DNA from: Erwinia phage pEa_SNUABM_54
Direction: 5' to 3' (one strand)
DNA: 40,000 nt
Sequence record: MW879341.1
The notes beneath the pieces were generated by a model. That model saw only the letters and a list, made by a program, of their open reading frames with translations, was not told the DNA's origin and did no database searches. Position numbers and translations under genes: made by a program. Positions 18,104 to 27,382 of the stretch are shown piece by piece. The stretch's first letter is position 1. Each line of letters starts with the position of its first letter.

Positions 18104-18457
18104 ATGGGAAATGTGGACGGGTTACCTATCGTGACGTATAACTTAGGGTTACTTCACAAGGTGCGTGATTGGATGGTGGGGACCAACGCCGTGCGCCTGA
18201 ATACTATCGATGTACAAAGTAGTGACAGCGTACCCGCTGGTGAAAGTAATATCTTCGAGACTGGTCTGCGTGCCTTTGACAGCGAGTCGTTTCTTGATAT
18301 TGAGAACATTATCAAAGCCTTCAATCACCCACACGTAGATGATCACGTTTGCCATGTGCATGTGGATCGCATTTACATGGTCCAAGATGTTCTGGGTATT
18401 CGCATCCATGTGCGTAGTATCGTACATTACGTCCCAAAAACAAAAACTAAGGAATAA
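18104..18457 (+). CDS. hypothetical protein
   Basis: 117 aa ORF. Confidence 0.65.
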   Translation: MGNVDGLPIVTYNLGLLHKVRDWMVGTNAVRLNTIDVQSSDSVPAGESNIFETGLRAFDSESFLDIENIIKAFNHPHVDDHVCHVHVDRIYMVQDVLGIRIHVRSIVHYVPKTKTKE

Positions 18458-18462
18458 AAGAA

Positions 18463-18741
18463 ATGGCATTAGTAAACATCCCCTACCTCCGTGACAACCT
18501 GAGTGCGTTAGTGCGTGCTCCGGTAGTAGCTATCACCGCTAACTCTCGCGATGCTCGTGGTCTGCGTCCAATTGCTGCAATCACCAAAGTCGTAGACGTT
18601 TTCAAAGAAGACCAAGTTGAAGACCTGGTAGAAGAAGTATTAGAAGAAGCAGCACACTTCGAGACTGATGTGTGGGTAGGTGAGATCAATTACCGCATGG
18701 TAGCTGGTCGGGTTCTCATTCTGGTTATCCTCTTCGAATAA
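18463..18741 (+). CDS. hypothetical protein
   Basis: 92 aa ORF. Confidence 0.65.
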   Translation: MALVNIPYLRDNLSALVRAPVVAITANSRDARGLRPIAAITKVVDVFKEDQVEDLVEEVLEEAAHFETDVWVGEINYRMVAGRVLILVILFE

Positions 18742-18750
18742 GGTAAAGTT

Positions 18751-19365
18751 ATGCTGAACGATTTAGTATTACGCAATTTCCGCAGTCAGGTACGTATTGC
18801 CATCAAAGAAGGTTGGCCACTACCTGCCAGGGAAAACGAATTCTTATCGCCGTGCTCAACGCTCAAGACGTACACCCAGTTTGGTAAAGAGTTGTCCCCA
18901 GAGTTTATCGACGACATTATCGCCAACGTCGAAGCTCTACCAGCTAAACTCCCACGCTTTGCAAATAGCGAAGTGACGAACGTCTTGGCACACACCAAAC
19001 GCGATGGTGTGGAAGTTGTGGTCATTCTTCGTGTGGACGCCATGGTTGAGCCTGAGCATCATACGGAATTCTCACGCTGGCGTGATTTCTATGCGGAACG
19101 CTGGATTCTGGGGCAAGACATTACATTCAAACAGCGTACCATGCGTTTCGGCGAATGTGTCATCTCTCCTCGTGAATTAGTGTATCGGGAAGCTGATACC
19201 ATCGAGGAAGCCTTCGACCTACTTCGCACCACAGTCACTGTGATGTCTGACGACGCAGGTGAATCTGAAGAGTGGGTGCCGATTGAGTTCGGTGTGTTGA
19301 AAACTGCAACCGGTTTCCGTGCTACGTGTCTGGTATTCTTAGACGATACCGCAGAGGGTGAATAA
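18751..19365 (+). CDS. hypothetical protein
   Basis: 204 aa ORF. Confidence 0.75.
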   Translation: MLNDLVLRNFRSQVRIAIKEGWPLPARENEFLSPCSTLKTYTQFGKELSPEFIDDIIANVEALPAKLPRFANSEVTNVLAHTKRDGVEVVVILRVDAMVEPEHHTEFSRWRDFYAERWILGQDITFKQRTMRFGECVISPRELVYREADTIEEAFDLLRTTVTVMSDDAGESEEWVPIEFGVLKTATGFRATCLVFLDDTAEGE

Positions 19366-19367
19366 CG

Positions 19368-19685
19368 ATGGCTTACAACTTTAAACTGCTTGAAGTTTTA
19401 GAAGACCTGGCGTTTGAATCAGGTCGCATTAAAACCCGGGTCAGTCTGGACATCACAGCCTCCTCAGAAGAGGACATGCCGTCGGATGCTCCGAAGGCGT
19501 TTTCCTATAAGTGTGCCCTGCCGGTATTCGGTCTAGATCAGATTAACTTCCTGAAGCGCAGTGTGCGTAGTTTGGGTGACGAGTATCCTGACCAGTCCGT
19601 ACATTTCGGCGTATCGCGCGTTGCAGTGAAATACAACGCAGAAGACATTGACGTAGTAGTAGAGGTAGTGAAATGGAAAGCGTAA
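19368..19685 (+). CDS. hypothetical protein
   Basis: 105 aa ORF. Confidence 0.65.
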   Translation: MAYNFKLLEVLEDLAFESGRIKTRVSLDITASSEEDMPSDAPKAFSYKCALPVFGLDQINFLKRSVRSLGDEYPDQSVHFGVSRVAVKYNAEDIDVVVEVVKWKA

Positions 19686-20002
19686 ACGAACAACCTATTG
19701 TACCACCAATCATCGACCTGGATGTGCTGCATAGCGCAGCTGTTGGTTTTATGCATGCCTGGGATAGCGGTAAACCAGTTACTTACGGTACTGGCAATAA
19801 CATCGATGATAAATTCGCCACCTTTGTGGGTAGCCGTACGGTCACCACTAAAGAGTTCAATCGTGATTCGTTTGTCTTCTTAGGTGAGGATTTGAAAGAA
19901 CACCTCACTGAACCTGGTGCCTACTACTTCATCAGTTACGTCGGTGTGGACGTCTCTCGTGACGGCTTCATTATTAAAGCGTCGATCTACAAAAAGCGGT
20001 AG
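19673..20002 (+). CDS. hypothetical protein
   Basis: 109 aa ORF. Confidence 0.65.
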   Translation: MESVNEQPIVPPIIDLDVLHSAAVGFMHAWDSGKPVTYGTGNNIDDKFATFVGSRTVTTKEFNRDSFVFLGEDLKEHLTEPGAYYFISYVGVDVSRDGFIIKASIYKKR

Positions 20003-20052
20003 AGTATTAAAGTACAACGCGCTCCAATACTGTAGCTGAATGAACAACTCCT

Positions 20053-20072
20053 TAGGTATATATTACTTACCT
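20053..20072 (+). promoter_or_regulatory. candidate AT-rich promoter (weaker match)
   Basis: TAGGTATATATTACTTACCT upstream of the 20096 ORF. Confidence 0.35.
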
Positions 20073-20095
20073 GAGGAGTAAAAGGAGTGTAGAAA

Positions 20096-20434
20096 ATGTT
20101 AGCAGTAATGAATATGGCGTCAATCAATGAGAAGTTTCAATCCATCGATAGCGCAAAGTTGACGTTACCAGCAGGGAGTGAAGTTGGGTACCTGGTGGAA
20201 CATCAAGAGTCAGACCTACCCGCTATTGCCAACCCAGCTGACGGTAGTATTACTATCGAAGAGGTTCCGGGTCGTGGCATTATCGCAGGGACCAGTTTTA
20301 CAGAGCTGGCCGGTGGGTTGCTGAATACAATGCAGTATTTCGCAGGTCTGTACACAGCCATGATTCTCGTAGAGGTCGTGCTGAAAGGTCAGATCGGTGG
20401 TGTATACGCAACTTACAAATTTAAGGCGGTATAA
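20096..20434 (+). CDS. hypothetical protein
   Basis: 112 aa ORF. Confidence 0.65.
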   Translation: MLAVMNMASINEKFQSIDSAKLTLPAGSEVGYLVEHQESDLPAIANPADGSITIEEVPGRGIIAGTSFTELAGGLLNTMQYFAGLYTAMILVEVVLKGQIGGVYATYKFKAV

Positions 20435-21057
20435 TGGCAAATTTCGTAGAAGGAGGCGGCGCAGCCTTTGACTATATGGTGTATGGTGAACGTGACCGTG
20501 GTGTGATGGGGTATTTGCAAAACCTCAATAGCCAGGTGATGACTCACTTAGGCACTGAAGCAAGAGCGATTGCCGAGAATCTACAGAACAGTGTAGAGAA
20601 GATGTACAACAGTGAGTCGATGCGTCTGGCTCGTGCTGCGGTTCGTATGGTGGCCAATGCGTATGGCATGAATGTGATCTATCCGATGACTAACATCGGA
20701 GAACTCCAACATGCACCAGATGTCATGATTCCGTTGATTATGGCTCAGCCCGGTATTCGTGAGAGTTTCCATAAACAGCAGTGTGAAGGTTATGGTGATC
20801 GTTACTATGACTTCCAGCCTGGTGTTGTGGGTGAAGACCATCACGATTATCAGCGCGTCACTGATGGTATCTTCCTTGAGTCTGAGGATGATCCAGAAGC
20901 ATGTGTGGCTACGTCGTATCTGCATCTGGATGAAGAGGACCAGCTGGACCACGATCAGCAAGACGGTATCATCTATATCACCTGGGAGCAAGTTAAGATT
21001 GCCCAGGCTAAAGGTGTCGAAGATCCGACTTCTCAGTTCAACGGTACACTTGGTTAA
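20434..21057 (+). CDS. hypothetical protein
   Basis: 207 aa ORF, TAATG overlap. Confidence 0.75.
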   Translation: MANFVEGGGAAFDYMVYGERDRGVMGYLQNLNSQVMTHLGTEARAIAENLQNSVEKMYNSESMRLARAAVRMVANAYGMNVIYPMTNIGELQHAPDVMIPLIMAQPGIRESFHKQQCEGYGDRYYDFQPGVVGEDHHDYQRVTDGIFLESEDDPEACVATSYLHLDEEDQLDHDQQDGIIYITWEQVKIAQAKGVEDPTSQFNGTLG

Positions 21058-21065
21058 ACAACTCC

Positions 21066-21093
21066 CACTCACCCTAATCGGTGAGTGGGGTTA
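21066..21093 (+). terminator. rho-independent terminator
   Basis: CCCACTCACC-CTAATC-GGTGAGTGGG followed by GTT. Confidence 0.7.
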
Positions 21094-21172
21094 CTTTAGA
21101 CTTTTCTTTTTTACATGCTCGGTCAATATTCTGTCGTAATTGTATGGAACCCACCCTTTTGGAGTCGTCGTA

Positions 21173-21574
21173 ATGGAAAGACCCTACCCTAGTCTCAGCA
21201 CGAAAGGCTGGCTAGAAGATGTACCGGGTGTGTTGGATGCAGTTATGACTAACTTCTTCCTGACACATCCCTCACTTAGCGTTGAGTTCAAAAACGCTAT
21301 CTATTCGTTACCCGACCTTATCCAGAAGTACGGTAACAATGAGACTGATATCAAGCGTGAAGTCCGTGATGCTATGGAAACACTCTTCAGTCGTTGGTTT
21401 GATAAGGTGACAGCAGAATGTAGCGTCACGTACCCAGACCCCGACGATGATATCAGGATGAATGTGTCTGTGTATCTCACCATAGACCATAAAGGCGAAA
21501 CGTATAACGTGGCCCGTGAGTTATCAATGTCCGGGTCTAAGCTAATGAAGGTCATGGAGATTAATAATGGCTAA
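21173..21574 (+). CDS. hypothetical protein
   Basis: Internal ATG of ORF 21140..21574 after GGAG. Confidence 0.65.
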   Translation: MERPYPSLSTKGWLEDVPGVLDAVMTNFFLTHPSLSVEFKNAIYSLPDLIQKYGNNETDIKREVRDAMETLFSRWFDKVTAECSVTYPDPDDDIRMNVSVYLTIDHKGETYNVARELSMSGSKLMKVMEINNG

Positions 21575-22160
21575 GAAACCAGCCGACATGGTGGTCGATA
21601 AACAAACGATGGATGCATTGAAGTTCATCGTGGAAGAGACCAAAAAGGATATTCCTCAGATTGGGTATGATCTGTTTGTTCGTGATTACCTCCCACTGTT
21701 GGCAGCCCCACCTGAAAGAAACTCAGCGGGTGATATCGTACCGCGCAATCTGTCATTGTGGATGGAAATCTGTAAGCACGCCTCTAACTCAGTTCAAGTA
21801 TTGAACCGGGATGGTACAGTGCGCTTCACAGTACCGCCATTGGTAGGTACGATTCCAACGTACTACCCGATGCCCCGCACTGGCTTAGCGGCAATTGCCA
21901 CCGAAGCTCAGTTTAAGAACAGCCAACATCCTGTATTAGGTGAGCGGTTCCTAAACAACGCCTTGTCCACGTCATTAACGGACCAAGCTCTTGCTAACAA
22001 AGCACAGACACTGGAATGGAATAACGTTCTGGTTGAACACGGCTATGAACCACTTCCTGGTTACGGCACCTCCATAGTAAAAGCGGGGGAGTCTGTAGCT
22101 GCACCAGCGCCGCAAGAACCTCAGCGCGTTATTACGGACGACGATTACGATGACCTGTAG
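21567..22160 (+). CDS. hypothetical protein
   Basis: 197 aa ORF, overlapping start. Confidence 0.75.
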   Translation: MAKKPADMVVDKQTMDALKFIVEETKKDIPQIGYDLFVRDYLPLLAAPPERNSAGDIVPRNLSLWMEICKHASNSVQVLNRDGTVRFTVPPLVGTIPTYYPMPRTGLAAIATEAQFKNSQHPVLGERFLNNALSTSLTDQALANKAQTLEWNNVLVEHGYEPLPGYGTSIVKAGESVAAPAPQEPQRVITDDDYDDL

Positions 22161-23313
22161 ATTCACAAACACCAAAAACCCAAACTACCTGAACATTGCA
22201 GAGTTTGCTGATGTTCACTTAGGTCACAATAGAACCACGGCTGAGCACGTCATTACGTCGATGCATCATGCCCTACCCGATAACCCAGAGACCGCTGCTT
22301 TAGACATGATCGTCTACGCGGGTGACGTATTCGACAGACTGATTACGTTGCCCACGAAAGACGTAGTGACTGAGATCGAAATCTGGGGTATTGATTATCT
22401 CAAGCTGTGTAAGAAACATGACATTGTGACTGTTATTGTAGAGGGCACTCCTCGACATGACCGTAAACAGTGTTACCTGTTCGAGCACCTGAATGATCTT
22501 TACAACATCGGTGCTGAGATACTCTATGTTCAGAGGCTATCGGTTGTTAAGCTGGATAAATTCAACCTGAGCATTCTGTTTGTACCAGACGAATGGCATC
22601 CTGATCATCAGGAGACTTATCGTCAAGCAGTACAGGCTATCGCTCAGGCGGGTATAGACAAGCCGGACATTGCAGTCATGCACGGTGCGTTCGATTTCCA
22701 GTTCCCAGCTAACCTCGATATCCCAACCCACGACTCAGACCTGTACTTACAGTTAGTGCGTGAATGGATCTTCATTGGTCACGTACACGTACATTCTCGT
22801 AAGGAACGTATTCTGGTCTCTGGGTCACTGGACAGACTGACGTTTGGGGAAGAAGCACCTAAAGGGCACATGCGCGTTAAATGTCGCGGTAATGGTCCAG
22901 ACGGTGACGAAGTGGTGTTTGTGGAAAACCCGTTGGCGTTGCGTTACGACACGATTGACGTTGAAGGGTTAACGATTGAACAGGCCGTAGAAGATATCCG
23001 TGCTAAAGAGATGCCAAAGGGTTCTAACTTACGTTTACTCTGTGCTAAGACAGATCCGTCGTTTTTCGCAGAGAAGCAACTCCAGGCATCTTTCCCTAAC
23101 TTCCGTATCGTAGTTTCTGCTAAGAAGGTAAAAGCTGCTGTAAGTACGCAAGTCGACCCACTGACACCGCGTCGTCGTGTTACACCAGTGGATATCTCAC
23201 CAAGCAACGTCAAACGTTTGATGGCTGCCCGTTTAGCTGAACGCGATCTGTTACCCGACTCACACGCCACTGAGCGTGTGCTGACGCTAATGGACGGTGT
23301 AATCAATGGATAA
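22150..23313 (+). CDS. SbcD-like metallophosphoesterase / recombination nuclease
   Basis: 'FADVHLGHN', 'DMIVYAGDVFD', 'VEGTPRHDR', 'DIAVMHGAF', 'IFIGHVHVHS' are calcineurin-like phosphoesterase motifs. Confidence 0.85.
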   Translation: MTCRFTNTKNPNYLNIAEFADVHLGHNRTTAEHVITSMHHALPDNPETAALDMIVYAGDVFDRLITLPTKDVVTEIEIWGIDYLKLCKKHDIVTVIVEGTPRHDRKQCYLFEHLNDLYNIGAEILYVQRLSVVKLDKFNLSILFVPDEWHPDHQETYRQAVQAIAQAGIDKPDIAVMHGAFDFQFPANLDIPTHDSDLYLQLVREWIFIGHVHVHSRKERILVSGSLDRLTFGEEAPKGHMRVKCRGNGPDGDEVVFVENPLALRYDTIDVEGLTIEQAVEDIRAKEMPKGSNLRLLCAKTDPSFFAEKQLQASFPNFRIVVSAKKVKAAVSTQVDPLTPRRRVTPVDISPSNVKRLMAARLAERDLLPDSHATERVLTLMDGVING

Positions 23314-24121
23314 CATCCAATATGCTTTGGAGCGTGAGACGGGCGAACTGCCCGTCTCTATCGGAACGGCGTTGGCCTTTGAACCTGTGTTTATCGCTAA
23401 GACATTGGCCCACTACGACATCGTACTGATTAACATCCGAACGATTATCCGAAACTACTACGCGAGTGTTGCTTCTGCTCGCGTGGATAGTGTGAATCAC
23501 TCTGCCGCTGCTTACGTGATAGCGGAAGAACTACGCACACTGAGTGAACACTTCACCAATGTTACGCCAATCATCTATTATTCCGAGTACGAAGACTTGG
23601 GTAAGTATTTACCGGGTTGTCTCGTGAAGACCGACTTTACGGAGAAAGCACTGGTTGCTAGAGACCGGGAAGCGCACACGTTGAACTGTTTAGTTACAGA
23701 ACAGCAAGTCGCTATCCGTGGTTTCAAAGAATGCGCTTTAACCTTTAAAGAGAAAGGGCGAGCCTTGCTATTTTCCCACATCGCCGTGGACCTGTTACTA
23801 CGTTATAACTTTACGAAATTTGAACTTCTCGAATCGTATACAGCTGCTATCAAACAACGCGAACAATGGAACTCTAAACTTACCAACGGTAAGGCTCTGA
23901 CACGTATGCCGTTTAATCGGTTCACATTGACACTCTACGGAGATAATGGATTGTTGTTGAGACCACAACTAATCCAACTTCGTCGTGCGTTGATGTTGTT
24001 GTCTGAGGAACAGGGATGGACCACGGTTACCACGATGGATAAGATAAAGGCTGACATTCAGAAGATCCCTAACGTAGAATACCGCACGTTGCTGGCAGGG
24101 TTGGCTCGACCGTATCTGTAA
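23306..24121 (+). CDS. hypothetical protein
   Basis: 271 aa ORF coupled to the nuclease gene. Confidence 0.75.
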   Translation: MDNIQYALERETGELPVSIGTALAFEPVFIAKTLAHYDIVLINIRTIIRNYYASVASARVDSVNHSAAAYVIAEELRTLSEHFTNVTPIIYYSEYEDLGKYLPGCLVKTDFTEKALVARDREAHTLNCLVTEQQVAIRGFKECALTFKEKGRALLFSHIAVDLLLRYNFTKFELLESYTAAIKQREQWNSKLTNGKALTRMPFNRFTLTLYGDNGLLLRPQLIQLRRALMLLSEEQGWTTVTTMDKIKADIQKIPNVEYRTLLAGLARPYL

Positions 24122-24180
24122 AAAATCACATGACGGGTCTATGATATAGACAAAGTATGGGCCCAAAACCGGAGTGGAAA

Positions 24181-25593
24181 ATGTCCGATAACAATCAACA
24201 AAACGGCGAGCGCGCGCCCGCTAAACGTACCATCCTCAGTGAGTTTAAAACTCGTCTGATTGGCCGACCTGTAGATGGTGCTAAGAAATCTCCAACCTTC
24301 GCTTTCAGTATTAATGAAAAGAACGAAGTGAGCATCACCGTTTACTCGAACATCGAAGGTGATCGTGGTAATGGTCTGATTAAAGGTAAGGGTGATATTG
24401 GTGTCCTGTTCATGGTCACTACTCTCATTCGTGCCGCAATTGCAACCAACGGACCTTTCCGTCGTGTAATCAAACATGAAGATCATGTCTTCATGCGTGG
24501 TCAGCGCAGTGAACGTCCGATGTGGATTTTCGATCTGATTATCCAACGTGACTCAGGCGATTCAGATGTCCGTATGATTCTGAAGTCGTACAATCGTCCT
24601 GACCTGGAGTTCTACTTCCGTCCTACTGACTATCATCGTCTGTACGATGGTGAAGGTCGTGAACTCAACAGTAAAGAGATTGCTGACTCGTACGCAATCG
24701 GTTATTGTGAGATGCTGGAAGACCTGGCCTCTGACCTGCTGAACGATTACCAAATCCGTCTGTACGCTGAGACTACTCAGAAGACTGTGGAAGGGCGTCA
24801 ACCATCTATGGTCTGGGGTAGTATCGCCAACAACCCACGCGGCACTGTCTTCACTAACGTTGAAGCAGACCAGCACATTAACAAAGGGATGATTGCTGCT
24901 AAGATCGATCCACCGACGTTCTACATGTTCTGTGAACTGATGGGTCAAGCAGTAACTGCACCTCCGGGTTGGCGTCGGGGTATCAAGAACTACGGTCACC
25001 AGAAATCTCAAGGTGGCGGTCGTGGTGAGAAAGTCCATGAGACCACTCTGTGCGTAGGTAAGAACGAGGAAGGTGTGATTTATATCGCAGTCCTCGACCA
25101 GGACAAATCGCGTCCTAACCTACAGTTCATTCTGGACTCACACCGTCGCTTCGCTGTACTGGATGAGAACGAACAACCGTTGGCTCGTTCTCGTGTGACT
25201 TCTCTGATGGCTGCTAGCTATAAGAAAGTCTTCGGTCGTGCTGTAGCGAAACACCTGAACGCACACTACACTCCGCCAGACCCGTCAACCTGGCAGAACA
25301 ACAACCAGCAAGGCGGTAATCGTCAAGGTGGTTGGAACAACAATCGCCAGCAAGGTGGTGGCGGTGGTCAGCGTCAGGGTAATTGGAATAACAATAACCA
25401 GGGCGGTGGTCAGCAGCGTTCGCAGGGAAACTGGAACAACAACAACCGTCAACAGGGCGGCGGAAATACGCAGTACCAGGGTGGTTCTCAGCAGGGTTCA
25501 GGCGGCGGTAGTCAGTATAATGAACCTCAGCAGCCGTCTGTACCACCGCGTAACGATGCGCCTCCTGCATTCGACACCGATATTCCTTTCTGA
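24181..25593 (+). CDS. SSB-like protein with Gly/Gln/Asn-rich tail and DIPF tip
   Basis: Gly/Gln/Asn-rich linker followed by 'PPAFDTDIPF', close to bacterial SSB C-terminus (DDDIPF). Start ATG 24181 after GGAG. Confidence 0.65.
   Translation: MSDNNQQNGERAPAKRTILSEFKTRLIGRPVDGAKKSPTFAFSINEKNEVSITVYSNIEGDRGNGLIKGKGDIGVLFMVTTLIRAAIATNGPFRRVIKHEDHVFMRGQRSERPMWIFDLIIQRDSGDSDVRMILKSYNRPDLEFYFRPTDYHRLYDGEGRELNSKEIADSYAIGYCEMLEDLASDLLNDYQIRLYAETTQKTVEGRQPSMVWGSIANNPRGTVFTNVEADQHINKGMIAAKIDPPTFYMFCELMGQAVTAPPGWRRGIKNYGHQKSQGGGRGEKVHETTLCVGKNEEGVIYIAVLDQDKSRPNLQFILDSHRRFAVLDENEQPLARSRVTSLMAASYKKVFGRAVAKHLNAHYTPPDPSTWQNNNQQGGNRQGGWNNNRQQGGGGGQRQGNWNNNNQGGGQQRSQGNWNNNNRQQGGGNTQYQGGSQQGSGGGSQYNEPQQPSVPPRNDAPPAFDTDIPF
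25290..25530 (+). repeat. low-complexity Gly/Gln/Asn-coding repeat region
   Basis: Encodes NNQQGGNRQGGWNNNRQQGGGGGQRQGNWNNNNQGGGQQRSQGNWNNNNRQQGG. Confidence 0.85.
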
Positions 25594-25604
25594 TGTAACT
25601 AACC

Positions 25605-25622
25605 GTGTGGCTTCGGCCACAC
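25605..25622. other. strong UUCG-capped hairpin
   Basis: GTGTGGC-TTCG-GCCACAC, no clear T-tract. Confidence 0.6.
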
Positions 25623-25693
25623 ACCTTCCCAACTAAGCGCAAGCACACCCCAAAACAGAGAGGGTGGTTGAGCACGCTACGAGGAAATTGAAA

Positions 25694-26158
25694 ATGAGTG
25701 ACGCAGTTGTATTAAAAGCAGTTAAGATGGGTGACGGCAGTTTAATCTTTAAGTTGCAAGACGACACTGCTGACGGAATGACTTTACATCAATCCGTTAA
25801 GACAGCCATCGGTCACCTTATCGCGGGTACCGGCATGCAATTAGGCGGTATGACACTTACCACTAAGCTGTACGGTAAGACTGTAGATCCAACCCGCCCT
25901 GACGAACCGGTAGAATACATTACACCGGTTGGTCGTACGTGTGATGCCAGCGCTACTTTCTATACGTTGGCGGGTAGTTTACGTGGTCGCGTTAAACACG
26001 GTGCTGAGATTCATTTCATGGTAGATGATCTTACACGCAGTGGTCCCCGTATCTTAGATATGGAAGACGTATTCGCGTTCATGAAGAGTCCAGACAATAA
26101 CAATCTGGTTCTTCGGTCGTTCCTGCATCATCCCGAAGGCTTAAAGTCTCTGTCTTAA
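25694..26158 (+). CDS. hypothetical protein
   Basis: ATG after GAGGAAATTGAAA, within ORF 25664..26158. Confidence 0.75.
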   Translation: MSDAVVLKAVKMGDGSLIFKLQDDTADGMTLHQSVKTAIGHLIAGTGMQLGGMTLTTKLYGKTVDPTRPDEPVEYITPVGRTCDASATFYTLAGSLRGRVKHGAEIHFMVDDLTRSGPRILDMEDVFAFMKSPDNNNLVLRSFLHHPEGLKSLS

Positions 26159-26163
26159 TTGTT

Positions 26164-26186
26164 AGGAGGACTTCGGTCCTCCTTTT
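26164..26186 (+). terminator. rho-independent terminator followed by TATG
   Basis: AGGAGGAC-TTCG-GTCCTCCT-TTTATG. Confidence 0.85.
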
Positions 26187-26203
26187 ATGTTGGAGTAACT
26201 GTA

Positions 26204-26584
26204 ATGAATGAGTACGATCCCACTACTGCGGTACTGTCCTTTAAGATACCGTACCATCCTTTGACAGGCACACTGCTACTGAATAAGGTTCAGCCATACA
26301 CTGAGAAAATCATACGTTCTTATCTGGGTAGACTTTCCAGTCGCGTTGTACAAGATGCCATGGTTGCTAACCACACTGGTTTCGCTAGGGCTGTACCTAC
26401 GTCAGCCGGAACTGAACTACACTACCCGTACGTATTCACGATGGTCTCTCGTGAGTCGGGTGAACCAATGACACTCAGCGATATCGTTAGATCAGTTCGT
26501 GAGTCTTGGACTGTGAACTCAGATAAGTGGCAATTGGTTGCAACACTGGCAGACGGGGTGCTACGTGCAGATACTACTGAGTGA
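26204..26584 (+). CDS. hypothetical protein
   Basis: ATG inside ORF 26159..26584, MNEYDPTTAV. Confidence 0.65.
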   Translation: MNEYDPTTAVLSFKIPYHPLTGTLLLNKVQPYTEKIIRSYLGRLSSRVVQDAMVANHTGFARAVPTSAGTELHYPYVFTMVSRESGEPMTLSDIVRSVRESWTVNSDKWQLVATLADGVLRADTTE

Positions 26585-26888
26585 AAGGGCTGATACGGGA
26601 CAGGTACGTAACTCAGCGGCAATCATCGACATTGCCTGTAACTCTCTCGTGTACAAGATCCCAAACCAAAGTCACCGCTGGTTGTCCTTTGAACAGGTTC
26701 AGGCTTTGCATGAGATCGATAAGAAGATAGACGATCGTTTAAAGAAGCGTCTTTGTATAGAGGTTCCCACAATCGGTGAACCAGATAACCGTAAGGATAT
26801 CGCCAGATTCATTACTGCTGTGTGTAAGCAAGAAGTAAATAAATACACAGTAGACGGATATTATAGAAGGCAACAGCAGGGAAAATGA
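26538..26888 (+). CDS. hypothetical protein
   Basis: Overlaps the previous ORF; true start possibly GTG near 26565. Confidence 0.5.
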   Translation: MQHWQTGCYVQILLSERADTGQVRNSAAIIDIACNSLVYKIPNQSHRWLSFEQVQALHEIDKKIDDRLKKRLCIEVPTIGEPDNRKDIARFITAVCKQEVNKYTVDGYYRRQQQGK

Positions 26889-26978
26889 GTTATCTGAAGT
26901 CATGGATAACCGCACAAACGATACTCCATCCTCCTAACCGGGGATGGAGTATTCATTATTTTCATAGAGGGTTCACGA

Positions 26979-27323
26979 ATGTCTGAAGTCATCGGTGTAT
27001 TGAAAGTTTCTACAGTCGAATGGGTTGGCAGTCCAGAAGGAACGGTGCCTGAATGTAGCCCACTGTCACGCGTATGGTCTCGTGAGAATACAGAGGAATC
27101 TCGTGCTCAGCTGTTCGATGCAATTGAGAAAGCTAAGATTGAGATTGATTACTCGTCTAGCAGTAACGATTGGGTGGATGTTATCCGCACTATTGATGAC
27201 CGTGTTTCGTACATTCATGGTGGCGATTATCTGGTTATTACAGCTGATATGAGGGTCTCCATTCTCTCTGGCGTAAGAGCACTGACCGTGAGCGAAGACG
27301 GCGTAGTGAGCGTAGAGTTCTAA
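26979..27323 (+). CDS. hypothetical protein
   Basis: 114 aa ORF. Confidence 0.65.
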   Translation: MSEVIGVLKVSTVEWVGSPEGTVPECSPLSRVWSRENTEESRAQLFDAIEKAKIEIDYSSSSNDWVDVIRTIDDRVSYIHGGDYLVITADMRVSILSGVRALTVSEDGVVSVEF

Positions 27324-27327
27324 GATT

Positions 27328-27352
27328 ATTTCAGATATATATTATCTTAGTG
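27328..27352 (+). promoter_or_regulatory. candidate phage promoter element (copy 3)
   Basis: ATTTCAGATATATATTATCTTAGTG; nearly identical to 12916-12940. Confidence 0.6.
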
Positions 27353-27382
27353 TAGTAATAGTGGAATGACATTGGAGCCGGT

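Noticed and set aside
20581-21072. Antisense 163 aa ORF and 20759..21139 alternative-frame ORF
   Set aside because: Overlap a well-placed 207 aa gene with proper coupling; composition not protein-like.
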